The notes below the pieces were generated by a model that saw nothing but the letters and a program-made list of their open reading frames with translations, was not told the DNA's origin and ran no database searches. Of a stretch of 64,000 nucleotides of DNA, positions 43,101 to 55,100 are shown one piece after another (position 1 is the stretch's first letter; each line of letters begins with the position of its first letter). The DNA is from Callorhinchus milii (Eukaryota), in NCBI RefSeq assembly GCF_018977255.1, contig NW_024704742.1:49230001-49294000 (forward strand), written 5' to 3'. Both the position numbers and the translations under genes were made by a program.

Positions 43101-46100
43101 TGAAATAACTTTTTTAAAAAATTAAGATACAGAAGTGAAGACACTGACCCATAAGCTATGCCTGCGACTGTACATTTCTTAAACACCATCACATTACAGG
43201 TTAAAGTTCCAGTTTTGTCAGAGAATATGTATTTCACCTGAAAAATATCAAATGAGACAGTGTATTAGATTTCCAGCAAAATTAAGTCAATTTTAAAATC
43301 GAGGAGCAATTAGAACATTCTAAAACTTCCAAACAATCTATAATACCTTGAAGGCTCAATTTAAGTTAGCCCCAGTTGAATTTTTATTGGTTTGACAAAT
43401 GTGGGAACCCATCACGTTAAAGAGTGTTACCCGCATTGTTTCCAGATCTACAATGGAGCCAGTCCCAATTAGTGCCGCTGTCAGTGGTTCTACTGTACTC
43501 AATAAAGTATACTCTGCAGTTACTCTTTACCTGTCCAAGTTCTTCATTAAGGGTGGATGTCCGAGCTACGGCAGGAGTATTTGTTGCTTCATAAATCATG
43601 TCTTCATCCTAGTAGTGAGGATCAAGAACATAAGAACATAAGAAATGCTAGACGAAAAAAGACCAAGGTCCATCTAGTTTGCCTTCCACCTTCATTGCAG
43701 TCGCATGCACATATGTCCCAAACTACCTATGTCCTATATCCCGTACTGTTATTTCTTAAAATAAAACTATCTAATCTGTGTTTGAAAGAATCAACACTTC
43801 CTGCTTCAACCGTCTCCCTAGGGAGCCTGTTCCATAGGTTCACTATTTGCTCACTGAAATAGTGTTTGCATAGATTTGTTCTGAATTTACCCTCTTCAAT
43901 CACAAGTGGAGTCCTGTAGCTCAGTGGTTAGAGCACTCGCCTTGCAAGCGAGACACCTGGGTTCAATTCCTGGCAGGGCGAAACCTTGCGCAAGTTTCCT
44001 TACTCCACACACAGCCTAATAATAATCCCTCCAAAACAAAACAATAATAAATTGGTGATTTTCAATCCACGACTGTTTGTAGGACACTGCGCAATTGGCT
44101 GCCACGTTTCGCCCACAAATATACAGTCAATTCACTTTAGTCTATTCTGTGAAGCGCTTTGAGATGACGAGAAGACGTGAAAAGCGCTACATCAAATGCA
44201 AGGATTATTATTATTATTATATAAGCTGTGTCCTCTGGTTTTACTATTCTGGACAAGTTGAAACAGTCTGTCATGATCTATTTTGCTTTACCCTTTTAGA
44301 ATCTTAAAGACAGCAATCCTTTTGCATCTCAATCTTCTTTTCCAGTGTAAACATGCGCGATTGACTTAATCGCTCCTCATAGTCCTTCCATTCCCTCAAT
44401 CATTTTGGTTGCCTTCCTTTGTATCTCCTCAATTTCTCCCATATCCTTTTTGTACTGCAGCGACCAGAACTGTACACAATACTCTAAGTATAGTCTCACC
44501 AATGATTTATACAGTGGCAAGATTATCCCACTGTTTTGGCTTGCTATTGATCTTTTGATACATCCCAACATCTGGTTGGTTTCCTCACTGCCACAGAGCA
44601 TTGTTAGGAGAGCCTCAATTTATTATCAATCAGGACAATTTCTGGTGTTCTAAGAAAATCAGACATGAGTTTAACCGCTTATTGGACTCACGTGAAGTCT
44701 TCAAAGCTACTCTTCACTCAGTTGCTATGAACTGATTTCTAATTTAGTAATACGGGTACATGCATAAAAGACACCTTTATTCAGTCATCATGGGTTTGGT
44801 TTCTGCACTCTGCAGCCGAAATCCCCAAAAATGTTTAAGACAACACTAAATCTTGACTGATATCGTTCAAAACAACTTGCAATTATATGGCCTTCATGCA
44901 AGCTGGTGCCTCAAACTGATTAGCAGTGGTGCAGTTTGATGTTGAAGCAGGAAGAGAGGGGAGGTGAATATTGGAACGGCAGCTAGAGGCATTCACAGTA
45001 AACTTAACTGTTCTTAACGCACAAAAGACATAAACTGTTAAAAAGTTTCTCTGTGACAAGTTAACAGAAAAACAGATCTTTGAAAGCCCAACAGACACAA
45101 TTGTTAATATTAAGCAATCCCATACATTGTCACACTTCGCCTTTGTGAAAGCTAATTTTATGCTTACCCAGTTAATGAACAATGCCTGGACAAATTTTAC
45201 AACCTCCAGTGTAACCAGTAAGCTGATTGGAATGAGGTTATTGAAGAGGATGATGAAGGTTAGGATATTAAATCCAAAGTTGTCTGAAGCTTTGCCTGTA
45301 AAAGGAAATCATTTTAAGGAAACAAAAATGAGGAACAAAAAAAGACATTTGTTTCTACAGGGTGACTGAAAAGTCGTGTTACCATTACAATGTTTAATAG
45401 GTCTTAAAGAAATTATTATTTTTTTTAGATAATAGGATAGTTATTACTACTTTTTGGTCAACCTGTACTTCACACAACCTCTTATTATAAAAAGGTGTTT
45501 TAAGTTAATACAATTCTCAAGTAAATAAATTAAAATGTTGTTTTCGCTGTATTAAAATAGTTGTATGACATTCTCATACAAAGTTCCATTGTAACAAACT
45601 TTAGCGGGTCCAAGCCTCAAATTGGGACTTTGAGCTCATAGTTTAGGCTGACAATCTGACAGTGCAGCAACCCTTCTCTCTCTTGCCCGCTTCCAGGCAC
45701 CAGCGGTGCCGTCCTTCAGATAAAGCATTAAACCAGGTTCCATCTTGTTGGGATATAGGGATTCCCCTATAATCATTTAGCTTAAAAAAGATATAAAAAT
45801 CCCTATATCTCAACAATCTGTCTCTTCAGATGGAACCTGGTCACCCTCCCACCTCTCTGCCTTCCCTCATCCCTACACCACCCCTCCCCCATGCCTGGGC
45901 CCTGACACCTGACTGTTCAGCGCTTTGGGACGTCCTCCTGACGTGAAAGGCGCTCTATAAATGTCATTTTGTTGTTGTTGTTGTCAGGTCCGAGATCTGA
46001 TGCCATTACACGAAAAAGAGAAGGGAATTTCTCTCTGCGTCCTGGCCAAATATTCCCCAAATAAACCTGGTCATACACTGTCTGCCATGTTTGCCTACAA

Positions 46101-49100
46101 ATACACATTCACTACATTTTACAGTGAATCCCATGAAGCGCTTTGAGATGTTTTGACGACATAAGGTACTGTATCAAATGCAACAATTATTACTGAAAGA
46201 ACATTATTTCCACTGGATGTTAGGAGCACAACTTGAAATAAAACACATTTACTGGCTATGAAATGGTATTAAATAACAGAAATCTGCTACCTATATGAAG
46301 CAATTGGAAGATTATAGAAAACACGCTTAATCCAAATTAGTTTTTTTTTAAAACATTAACAAATTAACAAACAAGGAATCGGAAGTCAGGCCTTCAGCCT
46401 TTCTGTCCCCACCCTGTGGAACTCCATTTCACATTCCCTTTGCCTCGCTCGCTCCCTTGCTTCCTTCAAAGTGCATCTCAAAACCCTCCTCTTCGACTGA
46501 GCCTTCGGCCACTCTCCGACTCTCCATGCTCTCCACCCTCCTCGATCCCAACCCCCAGCTCGGGTCCAAATCCCTGACTGTCCAGCGCCTTGGGATGTCC
46601 TCCCAACCTGAAAAGCGCTTTACAAATGTAATTTTGTATTGTATTCAACTCTCAAATACGAGGAAAATTTCCTCTCTCAATCTGGAAGTATGATCAACCT
46701 TGTTCCTTCCTTCCCTCCATCAGTTAACTAGCTTCAAAATTGGATTAAAAGGCTTTAATTATTTCACTCACTTCCTTCCAGATGGTGATTATTCGAGCAG
46801 TCAGTCTCTTGCAGTTGTAACTGAGCCATATTGTTTGAGAATCATTTCTAATTCGCAAGCTAAACTCCTGGTTTCTTTCATGCTGGTTACTCAGTTGGTT
46901 ATATAAGAATAATGGAAACCTTTGAAATGATTGCACTGCATTAACCAAATTGAAATAGTCATTGCTTTAAATATGCAAGGCAAGTTTCATCAGCTCTTAC
47001 GTTTGGGCAACAACAGAGTCCCTCAGTGCTCTTCATTTGCAATGAGATTCACACCAGGGTAAATAGCCGTGGCGATTCGCAAAAAAGTTTCAGAACAAAA
47101 AAAATACTTTACCTAAAGTCACATGCAGATATCTATCAATAACACCACAACTTCTGCCCAATTCTGTTCCCCGTACAGTTGAGTAATTTTGTACATTGAC
47201 GGGAATGGGGAGATATTCCACCTGGGGCTAGATTTACTCTGTTATATAGCATTTTGGAGCATCCAGAATTTAGTGCATTCTAAAATACCCTCCGTAGAGT
47301 AAAATGACAGGTTAAGAACCGATTTTCTGCAAGTTCTTTTAACCGGATACACAAAAACAACTTCAAAGTGAATTGAAAAATTTACCGGATGCTCTAAAAT
47401 GCTACCTAAGTAAATAAATAAAAAAATGAATGCTTCTTACATTTGATACAGTGCCTTTCAGATCAGGAGGGAGTCCCCAATCCCGTCAAAGGGCTTCACA
47501 GGACATATAATAAAGTATGGTAGCTGTGAATTTTGTAGGCAAATTTAGCAGCAAATTGAACTAACCATTTTAAAACCGAACCTTAATATAGTATCGGGGT
47601 GTCCTCCTGACGTGAAAGGTGCTATACAAATGTAATTTGTTGTTGTTATTGATAGCTGTAAACATGCAAATCCTCATCATCACAACAATTATCTACGATT
47701 TCATAGCAAGAGAGTTGATTATCAAAGCAGTCAGCATTTGTAAGCAAGATTAGATACTCACCAGTCAAACCAAGGTACCAAAACATTCCATAATGGCTGT
47801 TGTTCCATATTAGTGAACCAACAGAACACACCAGAGAAATGAAGAGAAGAGTACAGAACAGAAACAGGATCTGCATATTTGTGATTTGTTCGACATTTGA
47901 CAACTTAATTGGAGCTCGTATAGTATTCTGAAAAGCATTGAAATAAAACAGATTACAAAACCGAATTTCAAGGGGCCTTTTCAAAAGCTTCTAAAATGTA
48001 AGCATTTGTATATACTGTAGTTAGTTTCATAGAATAAAATGGCAGGTTATGTACCAGCGTCATTAAGTAGCTTTCAGGATGTGTTTCTTACAAAGCTAAG
48101 CATCAACAGAGTTAAGGAATGTCAAGTGCATCATAATGTACACAAGTGTAAGATAAGGTCCATGAGTTCCAAACATCCTGAATTTTGAAGTGATTTAAAA
48201 AAAGTTAAATAAGATACAAGCTACAAAGAAAATAAATATATTGTAGAAGGATGAATCCCACCCCATCCAAAGACTAAAGGGGATGAAAGAGTGTGCATAC
48301 TGAGATATTGTGTATGATTGAATAATAATAATAATAATCCTTGCATTTGATATAGCGCTTTTCATGTCGGGAGGACGTCCCAAAGCGCTTCACAGAACAC
48401 ACAGTAAAGTGAATTGACTGTTTATTTGTGGGCAAATGGGGCAGCCAATTGCGCACAGCAATGTCCCACAAACAGTCGTAGATTGAAAATGACCAATATT
48501 TATTATTGTTTTTGGTTTTGGAGGGATTATTATTAGGCGTGTGGAGTAAGGAAACTTGCCCAAGGTTTCGCCCTGCCTGGAATTGAACTCAGGTCTCTCG
48601 CTTGCAAAGTGAGTGCTCTAACCACAGAGCTACAGGACTCCGCGTAGGTGAAGAAGGATTTACAAGCCAGGTAATTAACATTCTTTCCTCATTCAGCATT
48701 TTCTATATAATGCTGCTCTTCCCCTGTACCTGACTGAGAGGAGGTTAGTCCTGCAGGTGGGATGGAGGATCCAGGCAGGAGGACTGACCTTCCATAACTG
48801 AAATATATTCCTCTCAGAGTCAGCTGAGGATGTTTGTGATCATGCGAGTTATTCCACATGAAATGATCACAAGATTGGTTCAAATGAAGAAAGCTCTGCA
48901 CATCGTTCCAGAATATCCACCCCACAGACTTCGCATCACAGGTGTTTTTTTTAAAAGAATGAGTCCAGTGTCCCATGGAATAACCTCATTAGTAGTATGT
49001 GTTAGAAATACCAGAGAGGTTTGCTGCCTGTCACTATTTGCCTGTAGCTTCATGAATCCATGGCTTTGAGCTAATACTTGCTTCACTAGCAAGGTAAATT

Positions 49101-52100
49101 ATTGTGAATAAAATGTACTCTGCAGATTTTCAATCCCTCAATATTCAGCTACAGATCATACAAAATTCTTAACTGCTATTATATTGAATCAAGAATTATG
49201 AATTATTAAGAATCAAGACAATACTCTGGAACACTCTCCCGCAATCCCTCCTACTTGCCCCCTCTCTCTTTTTCAAGTCCCGCCTGAAAACCTTCCTCTT
49301 CGACCGTGCTTATGGCTACTCCCACCCCACCGGCTTCGAGTCAGGCTCCGCCGCTTTCAAATGCTCTGAGACGCTACCCTGTGTGGAAGGTGATATATAA
49401 GTACAAATTGCTGTAGTTGAAGACATTAGGCCAGAGATCTATTTTGATATAACTCACTCCCTTTTCAAATAATAATGGCCATAATTTCTTAACTTGTACC
49501 ACAGAGACGACCTCAGGTATAGATCCTGAGATTTTAGATTCACTTCAAACGATTTGAGACGTCTCAACGATGCGATAAAGCGCTATATCAAATGCAATAT
49601 TTATTATTATTATATTCAACCGAGTCTGATTTCTTTTAGCTTCCACACTTTAAAACTTGCATCACTCCTTCCTGTGTGTTATCTGCATACGTCACACGAG
49701 TGAGCAAATTTTTGTTTCATTCAAAAAACATGGAACATTTACTACATTGCCCACTTCTTTGTACCATTAGTCCAATTATATAAATGCACAAGAAATTCTT
49801 ATTCACATTTAATGTAATACTGTTGGGATTTCAGCCTACATGCAGACTGAGATGAAATTGGTAAATACTTCACGGAACACAACCAGCGTGTTCTCAAACA
49901 TCTCATTTCGTTATCGCTCGGGCAAGTGGTTAGAGAATGATTGTTGGTGGAAGGATAGAGGTCAGGTTTAAACAGTGGCATTGGATGAACATCGTGAGAG
50001 TTTTTGCTCCAATACCTTTGAGATCCAAGAAGTATTCATAAACAACTTTTTCCCAAACAACAAACAACACAAGAGTCATCACTGCAAACAGCAAACCCAC
50101 AAAGGTTCTTGGCTTGGGAAACCAATACAGTGCATAGTACATCAAATCTCCCGAGTGCACCATACAGTACTAGGATGTGGCAATTGTGTACAACTGGATT
50201 GTCTTGCTATATCAAAAATGGGTTCAGCTAAGGCCTGGCACTCCCAGGCCCGGATGAAAGGTGAAAAAGTACAATAATTGAGAGAATTAGTCCTTTCATC
50301 CAGCCCGTTCTCATACATTTCGAGTGATCATCATAAAATAGCCCGAGACTGCTAATCTGCTCCGAGTTTATATTTTTGGTGAGGAACATTGCACGATACA
50401 AGAAGGAAAAATACATTTATTGACTTTCTTCCCCCAACCCTTCACAAACATTTTTGAACGTGTAACGACACCATTTTGAATATCAACAATTAAACTTTTA
50501 TTTTTAAACAAATTATTTTCTTACAGTAATTTAGCTGAATATCGTATTCTCCAGGCATACCTGCATGAGCTTTGTATCATGTCCTGTATACACCACCACA
50601 CCATGAACCCACTGAGTATTTCTTAATTGAGCTCCTCGTAGAAGTATTTGGTCTGGGCCCAAGGGGAAGGTGCTCCTAGTAGAGCCAAACGCAAATGTGA
50701 ATCTCAGCAAACATCAACATACAAGTGCTCAAACTGTAAAGTTTCCAATTCCTGGTCCAGCCACATTGGGAAGGGGGGTGTGGGAAGAGATAGAACAGCC
50801 TGATGAAAGCACTATGGAGTTTAAGTCTGGAGATCTGAACTCAACTTTTGAGTTGGAGTGAGAATAATAATCATGTCAGGAGGACGTCCAAAAGCACTTC
50901 ACAGGATGTACTGTAAAGTGCAGTTCCTGTATGTTTTGTGGGCAAACGTGTGATACAAAGTACACATTTTGTGCACAAGGTACAGATTAGATTCCTGTAG
51001 CGTGGAGTCCTGTAGCTTAGCGGTTAGAGGTTAGAGCACTTGCCTCACAAGCGAGAAACATGGGTATGATTCCCAGCAAACGTTTCCTTACTCCACTTGC
51101 CTTTATTTACCTATCAGTAAGTAGCAACCCAGTTGTGGATTGATTGGCGGATCGCTTTTCCGGGGGTAATAATTCTTTCAAAAATAATAATAATAATAAA
51201 TTGGTCCCCGGGATTTGGTTCAAATTCAGATCTCATTCCAGATCATTGAATCATACAGCACAGAAGGAGACCATTTGGCCCATCGTGCCAGTGCCGACTC
51301 TTTGAAAGAGCTCCCCAATTAGTCCCACTCCCCCATTCTTTCCCCATAACCTTGCAATTCTTTTCTTTTCAACAGTTATTATTGAATCCGTTTCCACAAC
51401 CCTTTCAAGCAGTGCATTCCAGATCGTAACAACTTGCTGCACAAAAAAATTCTTATCTCCCCTATTGTTCTTCTGGCAATATATGCTAATAGTGAAATTT
51501 GCCCATACTGTTTACCTTGAATTAGCAAAGTAAAGGTTGCCAATGAATTCGTACAAGTATCGATTGGGATTCTCACATTCAAGTTTGCCATAGAATTTCA
51601 TTAGACTCTCAATGTCTTTAATTTCTGATGTTTGATGTAGACCCTGGAGAGAAAAGGTAAAACAATTAAAAGTTTTTTTTATTTTGCAAGATTTTGTTAT
51701 GATAACAGCTACCCATTATCTTTCAATCTCTGATCTTAATACCTTTTGCATTGGGTGCAAATTGGGCATTGCACAACAGCCGGAAAGCCCAGCTAATACA
51801 AAAAAACCTTTGCTGCCTCTATTCTCACCTCGGACTCAAGTCACCCCAATCCTTGCCAGGCTTCCCCTCAGCAAACGGAGTGACTTCAAGGTTTTACCCT
51901 CACATATAAATACCATCACAACCTAGCACCTTCCCATCTCTTTGATCCAATCATACCCCACTTGACCCCTATTCCTCCACTCAAATAACACAGGTCCTGC
52001 TTTGTGACCTCTGCCCCTTCTATGGCACATCAGTGACCACGCATTCAGTCATTATGCCCCCAACCTCTGGAACTCCTCGACTCTAGGACTCCGCCTCACC

Positions 52101-55100
52101 CTTCTCAACCAGTCTTTAAATCCCACCTTATAACCCACATCTTCGAGTGTGCCTATGGTCACTTCTCCCTCCCTCCTTGCTTGGCCTTCAATCTCCCCAC
52201 TGGGAAGTACTCAGAGACGTTTTCCTATGTGAAGGACGATATATAATTGCAAGTTGTCGTTACAATTCTAAGGCCAATAAGTGCAATTTCATTCAATAGT
52301 CTATTCGGTAAACCGAAAATAAATAGATCACCTCGCAATATTGTGCACTTAAATAGGACAGCTGTTTAATTCTTTGAAAAATATACAGTAAAACTGTACA
52401 AGACTTCTTTTCTCAAGACTGAAGAGTTCCTGCTTGTCTAATCATTGCTCATAACTCATTCCTTTAACAATGGGGCAAAATAATTCAGATCTTGCCCACT
52501 GTTAATGAGTTCATTTATCACAATCACTGTTCTAGACAATACCATTGTTTAAAAGAAATGCAATCTGATTCTCTTTCCCTCCCCATGCCATCAAGTACAG
52601 ATGGTAATCGTAAAAAGAAAAAAATCTATTGCCTACTGTGAAACTCAAGTGTACAGAGCTAAAATATGTCAAGTTTCATTTCAAGTCTATGCTAAATTAT
52701 CTGCTTTCAGCACTTGTACATGAGACAAAGGATTTAAAAAAAATAATGGCAAGATTCCCATTCCTGATCCCTATGTAATGACTCACTTGATGAAAGTATA
52801 AGTCTGACCATTTGATGTGGGGGTGGGATGGGATCAAGTTTTACTGTAGTACACCCAAGAGTAAACATCGAAATCTTACCTGTCGGATTTTAAGGTTTGT
52901 TTCTCCGTCTAAATTAGAAGTTTGAATATAGCACATTGACTGTGGTTCACTGATATGAAACAGAACACGAGACATTTAATTGCATTTTAAACATTAACAC
53001 AATATGGCTTGGAAGCATTGAAAGGTTCAAGCAGTTCTTCAGTAACAGAACTAAATTGCAGAGCAGGGTAGTTAGCTATTTAGCGGTCACCAGTGTATCT
53101 TTGCCATTAACACATTTTTCAATCTAAAAAAGTGCTTTGTTGGTGCAATTTCTTAATAAACTTATGGCCAGTATTTTTAAATAACTGTTTTGAATAAAAT
53201 AATTTGAATTGTAATGTGTTCCGTTTTCCATCACTTGAAATATGAAACATTCAAATGAACAAGTTTGTCTTTTGCAAGTCTTAGAATACAGAATTGGTCC
53301 AATTCATGTTGTCATTTATATGGTAGCATTGTCTTTGTTGAGTTGATCAATTTTATTGTCAAAATGCTAAATGAACTAGTTCACTGATGTGAATGTTTCA
53401 ATTCATTTTACACTCATATTAGGTTTTAATCAAGACATTTATCTAGCTGGGTAGACAGTTCTCTAAATGATGGCCAATTACCTTAAAGTTATTCAGTTAT
53501 AATGATTTTTTTTCCCCTTCATATCTCATTGAACACATGGTTCAACTACATATGTCAAAATTGAAGCCTGTTCTAAAATGAGTAATGGCTATACACAAGA
53601 TGTTGAACATACCAAAGATACAAGTTTCTGAGAATAGTTATTTCCATATATGACAAGACGCCTCAAAGTATTTGCACCTATTCCTTAATGCACATCTCAC
53701 AGCCCTCAAAGCAAGCTACCGGATTAGTGAGTTACTCCCTCCATCCCTCCTTAACCCACTACGATTTATAAAGTGGCAGAGGAAAAGTCTCATTGAATTG
53801 AGACAATGAGAAACAACACGGTCAATTACAAATACAGATTATATTGACAGAAAAGATGTGCGTTGGGAATCTGTGTGCTCTGCCTTGAGGGGAAGAGCTC
53901 ATATATGTTCAAAACTAAGGATTAAGCCATCAGATCAATCTACCTAAGAACAGAACAAGAATAATCCAAAAGGCAAAATGATCTGCATACAAGAGTCAGG
54001 GATACATTTCAGAACAGCACATCAGTTAAAACAGCAGCAGCAAGCTATACACAAGGAACGACAGATACACACAGCAGACAGACACACTGGAACCTCAAAG
54101 CAAGCTGCTGGATTAGTGAGTTACCAGCGTAAGGTGTAGTTGCAGTTCTGGCGTAGTTAACGTTTGCCACAACAACATGTCGTTTGGCGCACAGCGAGTG
54201 AGAAGTTATAAATTTAAGGGCATGCAAAAGAAAGCATGTGGCATCAAGAACAGTACAGTGGGTCCTCTAGATAGCTTGTAAAATACCCCCTCACCACAAC
54301 CACCAAAAAATGTAAAAAAAATGATAGCTTGTTTTTTCTTATACAATTCAATCCTGAGAGAAAAAGCAAGCAAAAAACTAACATCTTGAAAACATTTGCA
54401 TATGTCAAACAGTTGAAAATAAAACAAAATAAAAGATTCATCAGAATCATATTTCATCAAACTTCTTAGATCTCTTATAAACAAGGCATTTTGCAACATC
54501 AATGCATCTAAGGCATTAAATAATTCCCTGCCCTACAATGTGTTTTTCCAAAGAAATTAGGTAGAAACGGTGATATTTCACTTGTCAGAATGTTTCACAG
54601 GTTATTATGGTCAAGTGCAGCAATTTGTTTTCCAGGCAAATGCTGTTGCCATTGCTCTGGCAATGTCCTATTAATAATCATGAGATGAACGTCTAAGAAA
54701 TCTAGAGGATTTTAACTAGGACATCAGAGAAACTCCATTCTCTTTCTGAATAGTGTCACGGGATCTTCAACAGCCACTTGGGCAAAGCGGTCCTTAGTCT
54801 AAAATCCCATGCAAAAAGTAGCATTTCCTTGAATGCAGAGCTTCCCCAGGATTGCCATAGAAAGGCAGCAAGCAGAGGTCAATCAATTCCCAGAGAGGGA
54901 GGGAAAGTAGTTCAACTAACCTCAGATTGTTCTTATTTACTTTCTCTTAACTAGCTAATGGAGTTGCAGTCTCGGAGCAGGTTTAAGACCATCTTTGAAC
55001 TGGGACGGTACAAGTTTAAAAGACTAAATTGTGCATTTTTACCGAGTCATTTTGATTAGCATTTCAAGATGCAACTAGATTTATTAATTCAGCATGAGTC

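Noticed and set aside
43906..43980. tRNA gene
   Set aside because: tRNA-like A/B boxes are the head of a multi-copy SINE that continues into body and (TTA)n tail.
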